Shown here piece after piece: positions 15,966 to 25,353 of a DNA stretch of 64,000 nucleotides. Positions within the stretch are counted from its first letter, which is position 1; each line of letters opens with the position of its first letter. The stretch is from Bacteroidota bacterium (GTDB lineage: Bacteria; Bacteroidota; Bacteroidia; Flavobacteriales; Flavobacteriaceae): NCBI GenBank assembly GCA_042091495.1, contig JBELHJ010000002.1, positions 4,945-68,944 on the forward strand, given 5' to 3'. The position numbers and the translations under genes were made by a program. The notes beneath the pieces were generated by a model. That model was not told where the DNA came from, did no database searches, and saw only the letters and a list, made by a program, of their open reading frames with translations.

Positions 15966-18845
15966 ATGAAAACAATTCTAAAACAAGTATTGTTTCTCTT
16001 ATTTTTAATACCTGCCTTAACATGGGCACAAACCAAAGTAAGTGGAACAATTACTGATGGATTAACCGGCATGCCTCTTGGAGGTGTGAATGTCATTATA
16101 AAAGACACATCCCAGGGAACATCCAGTGATTTTGATGGTAACTATACCATTAATGTTACTAACGGACAAACTCTGGTTTTTTCTTTTGTAGGCTACACAT
16201 CACGTGAGGTTGTCTATGCCGGACAACAACAATTAGACATGACCTTACAAGAAGATGCCGATCTATTAGATGAGGTAGTACTTATAGGTTATGGTGAAAC
16301 CACACAACAAAACGCCACAGGTGCTGTAAGTAAAGTATCCTCTGAAGAATTTAACCAAGGAGCTATAGTGGCTCCCGAACAATTACTTGCCGGTAAAACT
16401 GCTGGGGTAAGAATTACTTCAGGAAGTGGTGCGCCAGGGGGTGGTTCTGAAATCAGAATTCGTGGTGGTGCTTCATTATCAGGGAATAATTCTCCTTTGA
16501 TAGTCGTTGATGGACTACCGTTGGATCAAAGAGGTGTTCAAGGTGTAAGAAACCAACTTAATGCCATTAACCCTAATGAAATTCTTGATTTTGTAGTGCT
16601 TAAAGACGCCTCTGCAACAGCTATTTACGGGTCGAGAGCTTCTAACGGGGTAATTTTAATTACTACTAAGAAAGGTAGCGCCAACCAACCCTTTAAGGTG
16701 GAGTATGATGCCAAGGCCAGTCAAGGTAAAGTGTTTAACAAGTTAGACCTTTTAGACGCCAATCAATTTTCTAAAATTATTAACGATACAGGATCAGATC
16801 CTTCTATAAGTGGTACTTCAAGTACAGATTGGCAAGATGCCATCTACCAAACTGCTTTAGGCATGATTCAAAATGTAACCGTTTCTAAAGGATTTAAAAA
16901 TTCTAACTTTAGAGTAAATTATAACTTGACTTCACAAAATGGAGTATTGATAGGAGATCATTACGAGCGTAATGCGGTTAATGCCAATTATGTACAGCGT
17001 TTATTGGATAATAATTTAAAATTAACCTTAACTGCTAAAGCCATTAAAGATGAAAATAAATATGCTAATAACGGTGCTATAGGGAACGCTAAAAGCTTTG
17101 ATCCAACACACCCAGTATACAACGAGGATGGTAGTTATTTCCATTATATAGGAGAAGCGTTATCGCCTCAAAATCCAGTTTGGTTATTAAATAATGATAT
17201 TAATAATGCAGATAATAGACGTGTTATCTCTAATTTTAATATTGATTACAAATTACCTTTCTTGGAAGGACTAAAATTTAATTTAAATGCTGGTGTTGAT
17301 TATTCTGAATTAGAGGGTCTTCAAACCGTTACTAAAGATCCACGTTTAGATACCAATTTCGCTTACCGTAACGAGTATAGTGGCATGAACAGAAATTTAT
17401 TAATGGATTTTTTCTTTAACTACAAAAAAGATGTTGAATCAATTAATACAGTTGTTGATGTTACGGCGGGACACTCATTCCAAGATTTTTATCTTGAATC
17501 AAACCGATCTGAAACTGATGCTGGGGTAATGATAGAGCGACCTATGAATATTGAAAATAATGCACTAGAATCATATTTTGCCAGAGCTAGTTTTGATATT
17601 GCTGATAAATATTTAGTATCTCTTAGTTACAGACGTGACGGATCTTCTAGATTTTCAGATCAAAACCGTTGGGGAGCATTTCCTGGAGCCTCTGTAGGTT
17701 GGAAAATAAGTAATGAAGATTTCATGGACAACTCCTTTTTCTCTAATTTAAAATTAAGAGCTGGTTGGGGTGTCACTGGTCAACAAGAAATTGGACCTAA
17801 CTATGGTTATTTAGGTATATATACTCCAGGACAAGCTGGTGCATTGGTGCAATTTGGAAGTACTTTTATTAATACCCTGCGTCCTGAAGAATATGATGCT
17901 GATTTAAAATGGGAAGAAACTACACAAATGAATGTGGCCTTAGATTTTGGATTATTTAATAATCGTCTAACAGGTTCTATTGATTTGTATCAAAGGGAAA
18001 CTGATGATTTATTAGCTACTGTTCCTACACCTGCAGGTTCTAACCTTTCTGATTTATTGACTACAAATGTAGGTAGTATGGATAGTAAAGGTATAGAAGT
18101 TGGGCTTAGTGCAGATATCATAGACAAAGGAGACCTAACATGGAATGTTAGTGCTAATGTAACTTTTGAGCAACGAGAAATTACTAAACTTTCTCTAGGT
18201 GAAGATCCTGACTTTTTTATTCCTCAAGGTGGAATCGCCGGAGGTGTAGGAAATACCATTCAACTTTGGAAAGAAGGCTACGACCCTTCTACATTCTTTG
18301 TGTTTAGACAAGTTTATGATGATGCTGGGCAACCTATTGAAGGGGCGTATGTAGATATCAATGGTGACAACCAAATTACAGAAGCCGATAAGCAAGCCTA
18401 TAAAAAAGCAACACCTGATGCTTTTGCTGGGTTTACCAGTTTATTGACCTATAAAAATTTAGACTTTAGCTTTACCTTCAGAGGCAGCTTTGGAAACTAC
18501 ATGTACAACAATGTGGATAGTGGTTCTTTTCAAGAAGGGATTATCAATACAGCAGGAAACTACTACCTAAACAATTCTGTTAATTTGTTGGAGTCTAACT
18601 TTAATGACGCACAATATTTTTCAGACTATTATATACAACGTGCAGACTTTGTGAAATTAGATAACGTCTCACTAGGCTATACTTTTGAAGGTAGTAAAGT
18701 AGATGTAAGAGCAAGTATTACAGGAACAAACTTATTAATCATTACTGATTATGACGGTTTAGACCCTGAAATCTCAAATGGTATCGATAATAACTTTTAT
18801 CCAAGACCAAGAACTTATGTAGTAGGATTAAACTTTACATTTTAA
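15966..18845 (+). CDS. susC: SusC-like TonB-dependent outer-membrane transporter
   Basis: 959 aa. Signal peptide. CarboxypepD_reg-like domain (VSGTITDGLTGMPLGGVNVIIKDTSQGTSSDFDGNYTI). TonB box DEVVLIGYG, plug domain, C-terminal YVVGLNFTF. Confidence 0.95.
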   Translation: MKTILKQVLFLLFLIPALTWAQTKVSGTITDGLTGMPLGGVNVIIKDTSQGTSSDFDGNYTINVTNGQTLVFSFVGYTSREVVYAGQQQLDMTLQEDADLLDEVVLIGYGETTQQNATGAVSKVSSEEFNQGAIVAPEQLLAGKTAGVRITSGSGAPGGGSEIRIRGGASLSGNNSPLIVVDGLPLDQRGVQGVRNQLNAINPNEILDFVVLKDASATAIYGSRASNGVILITTKKGSANQPFKVEYDAKASQGKVFNKLDLLDANQFSKIINDTGSDPSISGTSSTDWQDAIYQTALGMIQNVTVSKGFKNSNFRVNYNLTSQNGVLIGDHYERNAVNANYVQRLLDNNLKLTLTAKAIKDENKYANNGAIGNAKSFDPTHPVYNEDGSYFHYIGEALSPQNPVWLLNNDINNADNRRVISNFNIDYKLPFLEGLKFNLNAGVDYSELEGLQTVTKDPRLDTNFAYRNEYSGMNRNLLMDFFFNYKKDVESINTVVDVTAGHSFQDFYLESNRSETDAGVMIERPMNIENNALESYFARASFDIADKYLVSLSYRRDGSSRFSDQNRWGAFPGASVGWKISNEDFMDNSFFSNLKLRAGWGVTGQQEIGPNYGYLGIYTPGQAGALVQFGSTFINTLRPEEYDADLKWEETTQMNVALDFGLFNNRLTGSIDLYQRETDDLLATVPTPAGSNLSDLLTTNVGSMDSKGIEVGLSADIIDKGDLTWNVSANVTFEQREITKLSLGEDPDFFIPQGGIAGGVGNTIQLWKEGYDPSTFFVFRQVYDDAGQPIEGAYVDINGDNQITEADKQAYKKATPDAFAGFTSLLTYKNLDFSFTFRGSFGNYMYNNVDSGSFQEGIINTAGNYYLNNSVNLLESNFNDAQYFSDYYIQRADFVKLDNVSLGYTFEGSKVDVRASITGTNLLIITDYDGLDPEISNGIDNNFYPRPRTYVVGLNFTF

Positions 18846-18850
18846 GCGCT

Positions 18851-21118
18851 ATGAAAACAATTAATATAACTACAACACAAATCATACGAAGCCTATTCCT
18901 AGTGCTCATAATGATTTTTACATTTCAATCTTGTGAACAAGATTTAGAACTTCAACCTGAAGATGCAAGACTTGTTGGAGATGCTGCATTCGAAGATGCC
19001 TCTTCATACAAAGCATTTTTAGGAAAATTGTATGGTGGATTTTCTTTAAGTGGCCAAATAGGACCCGCTGGCTTGCCTGATTTAGCAGGTTTAGACGAAG
19101 GATTCTCAAATTACTTGAGACTGTATTGGAAAATGCAAGAACTTACCACCGATGAAGCGGTTGTGGGTTGGAATGATGGAACTATAAAAGATTTACACGG
19201 TCAAGTTTGGACCTCAGGTAATGAATTTATAAGAACCATGTATAGTAGAATTTTCTACCAAATTGCACAAACCAATGAGTTTTTAAGACAAACTACAGAT
19301 GAGAAATTAACCTTGCGAAGTGTAGATGCTGAAACGAAAAGTGATGTGGCATCATACCGAGCTGAGGCGCGATTCTTAAGAGCTTTAAGTTATTGGCATG
19401 CATTGGATTTATTTGGTAATGTGCCTTTTGTTACAGAAAATGATGCAGTTGGTGCGTTCTTACCAGAACAAATTTCAAGAGCTGATTTATATACATATAT
19501 TGAGAACGAACTCCTAGCTGTAGAAAGCACTATAGTAGGTGCAAGACAAAATGAGTATGGTCGTGCAGATCAGGCTGCAGTTTGGACACTACTGGCTAAA
19601 TTGTATCTAAATTCTGAAGTTTACACTGAAAGTGCGAATTATGATAAAGTAGTGGAATACACCAACAAAATTATCAATGCGGGTTATACCATCTCTGGAA
19701 GCAACACTTATGAGCATTTATTCCTGGCTGATAATGATATGAATGGAGGTCAAAGTGAATTTATTTTTACGGTGCCATGTGATGGGTTAAACACCCAATC
19801 TTACGGTGCGGTTTCATTTATTATTCACGCTTCGTTAGGAGGCTCTATGGATCCAGCTTCTGCGGGTATCAATGGTGGATGGGGTGGCCTTAGAACAACT
19901 TCGGCTTTAGTGAATAAATTCCCAGATTTTATAACACCTCCATCATTTGATGCAGACGCAGAAAATATGACCTTAGTAAAATCTGTAGAAGACAATAATG
20001 CCACTTTAGGAAACAACATGACGCAATGGGGACTAGTTGGAAGCTCAACAGCAAACGGTTGGGATGGTCCAGATATGGAAATGTATGAGTTAGCTACCAA
20101 TGAATTTGCATTGTATGCTGAACTCACTGCTGGTGAATTTAAGTTTAGGTTCAATGAAGATTGGGGTCAAAATTATGGTGACGATGGCGCTGACGGCTCA
20201 CTTGAATCTGGTGGTGCTAATATAGCTGTTGCTGAGGCCGGACAATATTATGTTACTCTAAATCTAAACACTTTTGAGTATACAATTAGTAAAGCCAATC
20301 TCTCAGATTGGGGACTTGTTGGAAGTTCTACAGCAAATGGATGGGATGGTCCAGATATGGAAATGTATGAAACGGACACTGACGTTTACGAATTGTACGC
20401 AAATTTAACTGCAGGTGACATTAAGTTTAGATTTAATGAAGACTGGGGTCAAAATTATGGTGGTTCAGGTGGTAATCTTGTAGCTGGAGGTGATAACATT
20501 TCCATAGCTGAAGATGCGGGTTATCATATCACTATGAATTTAAATGATAATTCTTACACCATAAACAAAGTTGAATTATCTGCAGATTCAAGAGCCATGT
20601 TCTATACTGATGGACAATCACTAGAAATTGAAGATATTTCTCCGTTTAGCCAAGGCTATGCGATTACCAAATTCAAAAATTTAGATTCAATGGGTAATCC
20701 TGGTAGTGATACTGAAGGCAACTTTGTGGATACTGATTTCCCTATGTTCCGTTTATCTGACGTATACCTAATGTATGCTGAAGCGGTACTTAGAGGTGGC
20801 GGTGGAAGCCTTGGAGATGCCGTAAATTACATCAATACACTAAGAGAGAGAGCTTACAGTAGCACTGTAGGTAATATTTCTGGTGGTGATGTAGATCTAG
20901 ATTTCATCTTAGATGAGCGAGCTAGAGAATTGTATTGGGAAGCGCACCGAAGAACTGATTTGATTCGCTTTGGTCAATTCTCAGATCAAGGTATTTGGCC
21001 TTGGAAAGGTAATGTACCTCAGGGAAAAACTACAGAAGCATATAGGGATTTAATGCCTATACCCTCTTCTGATCTTGGTGTAAATACCAATCTTAAACAA
21101 AACGAAGGATACAACTAA
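18851..21118 (+). CDS. susD: SusD/RagB-family lipoprotein with an internal tandem pair of CBM-like modules
   Basis: Lipobox FTFQSC. SusD-type N-terminal and C-terminal regions (FPMFRLSDVYLMYAEAVLRGG, ERARELYWEAHRRTDLIRFG). 755 aa because of an insert of about 220 aa (see repeat feature). Begins 5 nt after susC. Confidence 0.9.
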   Translation: MKTINITTTQIIRSLFLVLIMIFTFQSCEQDLELQPEDARLVGDAAFEDASSYKAFLGKLYGGFSLSGQIGPAGLPDLAGLDEGFSNYLRLYWKMQELTTDEAVVGWNDGTIKDLHGQVWTSGNEFIRTMYSRIFYQIAQTNEFLRQTTDEKLTLRSVDAETKSDVASYRAEARFLRALSYWHALDLFGNVPFVTENDAVGAFLPEQISRADLYTYIENELLAVESTIVGARQNEYGRADQAAVWTLLAKLYLNSEVYTESANYDKVVEYTNKIINAGYTISGSNTYEHLFLADNDMNGGQSEFIFTVPCDGLNTQSYGAVSFIIHASLGGSMDPASAGINGGWGGLRTTSALVNKFPDFITPPSFDADAENMTLVKSVEDNNATLGNNMTQWGLVGSSTANGWDGPDMEMYELATNEFALYAELTAGEFKFRFNEDWGQNYGDDGADGSLESGGANIAVAEAGQYYVTLNLNTFEYTISKANLSDWGLVGSSTANGWDGPDMEMYETDTDVYELYANLTAGDIKFRFNEDWGQNYGGSGGNLVAGGDNISIAEDAGYHITMNLNDNSYTINKVELSADSRAMFYTDGQSLEIEDISPFSQGYAITKFKNLDSMGNPGSDTEGNFVDTDFPMFRLSDVYLMYAEAVLRGGGGSLGDAVNYINTLRERAYSSTVGNISGGDVDLDFILDERARELYWEAHRRTDLIRFGQFSDQGIWPWKGNVPQGKTTEAYRDLMPIPSSDLGVNTNLKQNEGYN
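20027..20569 (+). repeat. tandem 282-nt (94-aa) coding repeat inside susD-like gene
   Basis: Copy 1 starts at W393 (nt 20027) and copy 2 at W487 (nt 20309). Both read WGLVGSSTANGWDGPDMEMYE...LTAG.(F/I)KFRFNEDWGQNYG...NLN...YTI.K. Confidence 0.9.
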
Positions 21119-21133
21119 CAAAAACTTATAACA

Positions 21134-22312
21134 ATGAAACATATTAAATTTTTATACCTGATGTTAATAGCTTTGTTAAGCTTTAACGCCTGTGAAATGG
21201 ACGATGATGTGGTCTTTAAAGCAAGTGCAGACGACTCTATTGCTTTCACAAACACTTTTTTAACAGAATACGTTTTAACCCCTGCGGCTTCTGGAAATAT
21301 TGGAGAACGCTTTACATGGAACTCAATTGATGTAGGCGTTCCTACTAACTTATCTTATGATTTAGAAAAATCCATTTCAGGAAACTTTGATACCGATGGC
21401 GCTACAATAGGAACTACTAGTGGTAATGAAATTGCAATTACTATAGGAGATATGTTAGGATTTGCAAACGAAGCGGGTCTTGATAACGATCCATCTACAG
21501 ACAACCCAGATACTGGTGAAGTACATTTTAGAATCAAGGCCTATGCAGGAGACGGTGGTGTACCATCATACTCTGCTTCTCAAGCTTTGACTTTACACTT
21601 ACCAGAAGAAAGCTCTAATAGTGCAATATGTGATAACGATCAATTATTCCTTGTTGGAGCAGGTCTTCCATTTACTGGATGGGATTGGGCTTCGCCTTCA
21701 ACTGTTATATGTAATGGAACTAATGTATACTCAGGAAATATCCATTTAGATGCTAGTGGTGATGCAAACTTTAGATTCTTTACTACTGCAACAGATTGGG
21801 GTTCAGGATTAAATTATCCTTATTTTGAAGATGCTGGATTCACTATTGATTCTAATTTTGAAAATGCAGGAGATGGTGATTCTAATTTCAAATTCCTTGG
21901 AACTTCTGGGTTCTACAACTTAACTGTAGATATGATTAATAAAACCATCACACTATCAGATCCTTCGTCGTTAGGTAATTGTGACTATGACCAATTATGG
22001 GCCGTAGGTGCTGGTTTACCAGATGCCGGATGGGACTGGGCAACTCCAGTTCAACTTATGTGTGAAGGAGATAATGTTTATCAAGGATTCTTAAATCTGG
22101 ATGCTGACGGAGATGCTAACTTTAGATTCTTCACAACTGCTACAGATTGGGGCTCTGGATTAAACTATCCATATTTTGAAGATGCTGGCTTTACCATTGA
22201 TTCTAATTTTGAAAATGCAGGAGATGGTGATTCCAATTTCAAATTTATTGGAACTACTGGTGGTTATTTTATTAGTATTGATATGATCAATAAAACAATC
22301 ACATTAGAGTAA
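21134..22312 (+). CDS. SusE/SusF-like surface glycan-binding lipoprotein with two tandem binding modules
   Basis: Lipobox LSFNAC. SusE-like N-terminal domain (ERFTWNSIDVGVPTNLSYDLEKS), followed by two 117-aa repeats. Confidence 0.8.
   Translation: MKHIKFLYLMLIALLSFNACEMDDDVVFKASADDSIAFTNTFLTEYVLTPAASGNIGERFTWNSIDVGVPTNLSYDLEKSISGNFDTDGATIGTTSGNEIAITIGDMLGFANEAGLDNDPSTDNPDTGEVHFRIKAYAGDGGVPSYSASQALTLHLPEESSNSAICDNDQLFLVGAGLPFTGWDWASPSTVICNGTNVYSGNIHLDASGDANFRFFTTATDWGSGLNYPYFEDAGFTIDSNFENAGDGDSNFKFLGTSGFYNLTVDMINKTITLSDPSSLGNCDYDQLWAVGAGLPDAGWDWATPVQLMCEGDNVYQGFLNLDADGDANFRFFTTATDWGSGLNYPYFEDAGFTIDSNFENAGDGDSNFKFIGTTGGYFISIDMINKTITLE
21629..22309 (+). repeat. tandem 351-nt (117-aa) coding repeat inside susE/F-like gene
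   Basis: Copy 1 starts at C166 (nt 21629) and copy 2 at C283 (nt 21980). A 46-codon block (21758-21895 vs 22109-22246) is identical in protein. Confidence 0.9.
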
Positions 22313-22330
22313 TTTGTTTTCATTAATTTT

Positions 22331-22365
22331 AAAGGGTTACAAAATATTTTGTAACCCTTTTTTTA
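22331..22365 (+). terminator. rho-independent terminator (perfect 30-nt palindrome plus T-tract)
   Basis: AAAGGGTTACAAAATATTTTGTAACCCTTT followed by TTTTAATTTTTT. Starts 19 nt after the susE/F-like stop and ends about 10 nt before the amylase ATG. Confidence 0.65.
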
Positions 22366-22375
22366 ATTTTTTACC

Positions 22376-25219
22376 ATGAATAAAATTTATGTTTTTTTAC
22401 TACTACTCACTAACTACACATTTTTTGCTCAAGTCACTACAAACCCTTCTCCTATAGAAGTAGACCAGAGCGTTACTATAACATTAGACACAAACAGTAC
22501 CGATACAGATTGTAACGGACTAAACGGCGTGTCTAAAGTTTATATTCATACTGGAATTGGAGATGACTCTAGTGCATGGGGATTTGAAGTTATAGGAAAC
22601 TGGGGACAAGACGACGGTGTTGGTGAAATGACCAACAACGGGGACGGTACATTTTCAATAACGTTTATACCAAAAAACTATTTTAGTCTTACTAATACGC
22701 AAGCCTCAAGTGCTACTAAAATGGGTATGGTATTTAGAAGTGCCGATGGCTCCAAAGAACTAAAGGCTGATGGTTGTAGTGATTTTATTCTCAATGTTGG
22801 GGCATTTCAACTAAACACAATAGTCCCAGATAATCAATTAGATTATGTGGTTTTATCTAGTAGTGCTACACAAATTATGGCACAAAACACCAATGGCAAT
22901 GCAGATTATTCTCTAATAGCTAATGGGGTAACCGTAAATACTAGCAACGACACTAACTTTTATAATTATTTTTATTCAGGTATTACTGAAAATAAATTTT
23001 GTGAACTCAGAGTCACTCAAGGCGAAAATTCAATATCCAAGTTTTTCACCATCATAGCAAATCCAAATAAAACACCATCTGCTATTCCTAGCGGTATGGA
23101 AGATGGTATTAACTATCACAGTGGTGATCCTACAAAAGTTACTTTAGTATTAGATGCTAAAAACAAAGATTATATCTATGTGGCAGGAAGTTTCAACGAT
23201 TGGAAACCTGACAATAATTATGCAATGACCAAAGATCCAAACTCTGATAAATTTTGGATAGAATTATCGGGATTGACTTCGGGGCAAATAGAGACTTTTC
23301 AATATTGGGTAGCTGCCAATACTGCAGTTACAGGGTCTCCTAAATTAGTAAAAACTGCTGACCCCTACTCTACTTTGGTACTTTCACCATATGACGATTC
23401 TTATATACCTGAAACATCATATCCTAACATACCTGATTTTCCAGAGGGACAAGAACGTGAAGTTTCTGTAATACAAACTGGTAAAACCCCATATAATTGG
23501 CAGGTTACTAATTTTCAGAAGCCCGACAAAGAGGACCTAGTTATTTATGAGTTACTAATTAGAGATTTTGATGCTGACCGCAATTATCAATCGGTTATAG
23601 ATCGTATAGATTATTTCAAAGAACTCAATATTAATGCCATTCAATTAATGCCAATAATGGAATACGAAGGCAACGAAAGCTGGGGTTACAATACAGCTTA
23701 CCATATGGCGCTTGACAAGTATTATGGCACTGAGGATAAATTCAAGGAGTTAGTTGATCTGTGTCACCAAAATGGTATCGCAGTGATATTAGATTTAGCT
23801 TTAAATCATGCTTTTGGAAGAAATCCGTTAGTGAGAATGTGGATGGATGACACCGATAAAAATGGATGGGGAGAACCCAGTTCTGAAAACCCTTATCTAA
23901 ATGAAATTGCAAAACACAGTTACAGTGTAGGTAGTGATTTTAATCATAGTAGCTCTAAAACCCAATATTACACGCAAAGAGTGGTTAAGCATTGGATTGA
24001 AGAATTTAAAATAGATGGTTTCAGATGGGATTTAACCAAAGGATTTACTCAGAATTGTGAAAACAACGAGGGGTGCACTAACAGTTACCAACAAGACCGT
24101 GTTGACATTTTAAAAAGCTATGCCGACTACTCCTGGAGTTTGGATGATTCCCATTATGTAATTTTTGAACATCTAGGTGCTGAAAACGAAGAAAAAGAAT
24201 GGGCAAATTACAGACTTAATGAAGGTAAAGGCGTCATGATGTGGGGTAAGACTACTCAACAATACAACCAATTATCTATGGGATGGAGTCAAAACTCTAG
24301 TATCTCTTGGATTGGCCATAAAAGTAGGTCTCTATTTCAAGGCATGCGCCTTTTAGGGTATGCTGAAAGTCATGACGAGGAACGTCTATTATATAATAAC
24401 TCTATAAATGGAAATGCTTCTAATGGTTACGATACTAAAGACCTAAACACATCATTGGAACGTATGAATGCTATTGGTGCAGTTCTATTTTCAGTTCCAG
24501 GCCCAAAAATGATATGGCATTTTAGTGAACTAGGAATGAATCAATCGTTATTCACTTGTAATAATGGTACTGTAGGTGATTGTAAATTAGATACCAAACC
24601 GCAACCCCAATGGAGTGAGAATTGGCTTGAAAATAGTAATAGGGTCGAAATATATAATAACTGGAGTCGCTTAATTGAACTAAAAACAAATTATGAAGTT
24701 TTTAAAGGTGATTATGACATCAACCAAACTGATCCTTTATTACCCAGGATTGCGGTATGGAATAATACTTTAGGAGCTAACGACTTAAAAAACGTTATTG
24801 TTATTGCAAACTTCGAACTCAGTGCCCAAACAGTAAATCCGTTTTTCACAAGTACTGGCACATGGTATGATCTTATGGATCCATCAGGAGAAACAACCAT
24901 TCCGGGGACAACATCATCGATTACTCTCCAACCTGGAACATTTAGAATATTTGGAAATCAAAATGCTACATTAGGTGCTTCATTTAATGAATTAAAAAAT
25001 GCAATAAAAATGTATCCTAATCCATCATCAGACCTAATTACGTTTAATCGCGATATTAGTCATTTGAATATTCTTGATTTGAGTGGTAAATTGGTTCTTA
25101 AAAAGACCAATTTGACAAAACTTAAGCCTGTAAATATAGCAGACTTAAAAAATGGTATTTACATTGTAACTATTAAAAATAAAAACACTTCACAATCTAT
25201 TAAACTTATCAAGCAGTAG
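22376..25219 (+). CDS. secreted multidomain GH13 alpha-amylase/pullulanase-like enzyme with T9SS type-A C-terminal sorting domain
   Basis: 947 aa with signal peptide. CBM48/E-set-like segment (YIYVAGSFNDWKP). GH13 regions VILDLALNH, GFRWDLTKG, YAESHDE. C-terminal KMYPNPSSDLITF...LKNGIYIVTIKNKNTSQSIKLIKQ is a typical Por/T9SS CTD. Confidence 0.9.
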   Translation: MNKIYVFLLLLTNYTFFAQVTTNPSPIEVDQSVTITLDTNSTDTDCNGLNGVSKVYIHTGIGDDSSAWGFEVIGNWGQDDGVGEMTNNGDGTFSITFIPKNYFSLTNTQASSATKMGMVFRSADGSKELKADGCSDFILNVGAFQLNTIVPDNQLDYVVLSSSATQIMAQNTNGNADYSLIANGVTVNTSNDTNFYNYFYSGITENKFCELRVTQGENSISKFFTIIANPNKTPSAIPSGMEDGINYHSGDPTKVTLVLDAKNKDYIYVAGSFNDWKPDNNYAMTKDPNSDKFWIELSGLTSGQIETFQYWVAANTAVTGSPKLVKTADPYSTLVLSPYDDSYIPETSYPNIPDFPEGQEREVSVIQTGKTPYNWQVTNFQKPDKEDLVIYELLIRDFDADRNYQSVIDRIDYFKELNINAIQLMPIMEYEGNESWGYNTAYHMALDKYYGTEDKFKELVDLCHQNGIAVILDLALNHAFGRNPLVRMWMDDTDKNGWGEPSSENPYLNEIAKHSYSVGSDFNHSSSKTQYYTQRVVKHWIEEFKIDGFRWDLTKGFTQNCENNEGCTNSYQQDRVDILKSYADYSWSLDDSHYVIFEHLGAENEEKEWANYRLNEGKGVMMWGKTTQQYNQLSMGWSQNSSISWIGHKSRSLFQGMRLLGYAESHDEERLLYNNSINGNASNGYDTKDLNTSLERMNAIGAVLFSVPGPKMIWHFSELGMNQSLFTCNNGTVGDCKLDTKPQPQWSENWLENSNRVEIYNNWSRLIELKTNYEVFKGDYDINQTDPLLPRIAVWNNTLGANDLKNVIVIANFELSAQTVNPFFTSTGTWYDLMDPSGETTIPGTTSSITLQPGTFRIFGNQNATLGASFNELKNAIKMYPNPSSDLITFNRDISHLNILDLSGKLVLKKTNLTKLKPVNIADLKNGIYIVTIKNKNTSQSIKLIKQ
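25004..25216 (+). other. T9SS type-A C-terminal sorting domain of the amylase
   Basis: Last ~70 aa: IKMYPNPSSDLITFNRDISHLNILDLSGKLVLKKTNL...LKNGIYIVTI...IKLIKQ. Confidence 0.8.
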
Positions 25220-25243
25220 AATTTATTTAACTATAAATATTGA

Positions 25244-25276
25244 GCTCTGTATTAAATCATTAATACAGAGCTTTTT
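25244..25276 (+). terminator. rho-independent terminator ending the PUL
   Basis: Stem GCTCTGTATTA / TAATACAGAGC, loop AATCAT, then TTTTT. Confidence 0.7.
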
Positions 25277-25353
25277 AGTTAAATGCATCATAAACTCAAT
25301 TTGTTTAAGTTTAAATAGCCTAAATTAGCTGACCCGAAAATTAAAATCATACT

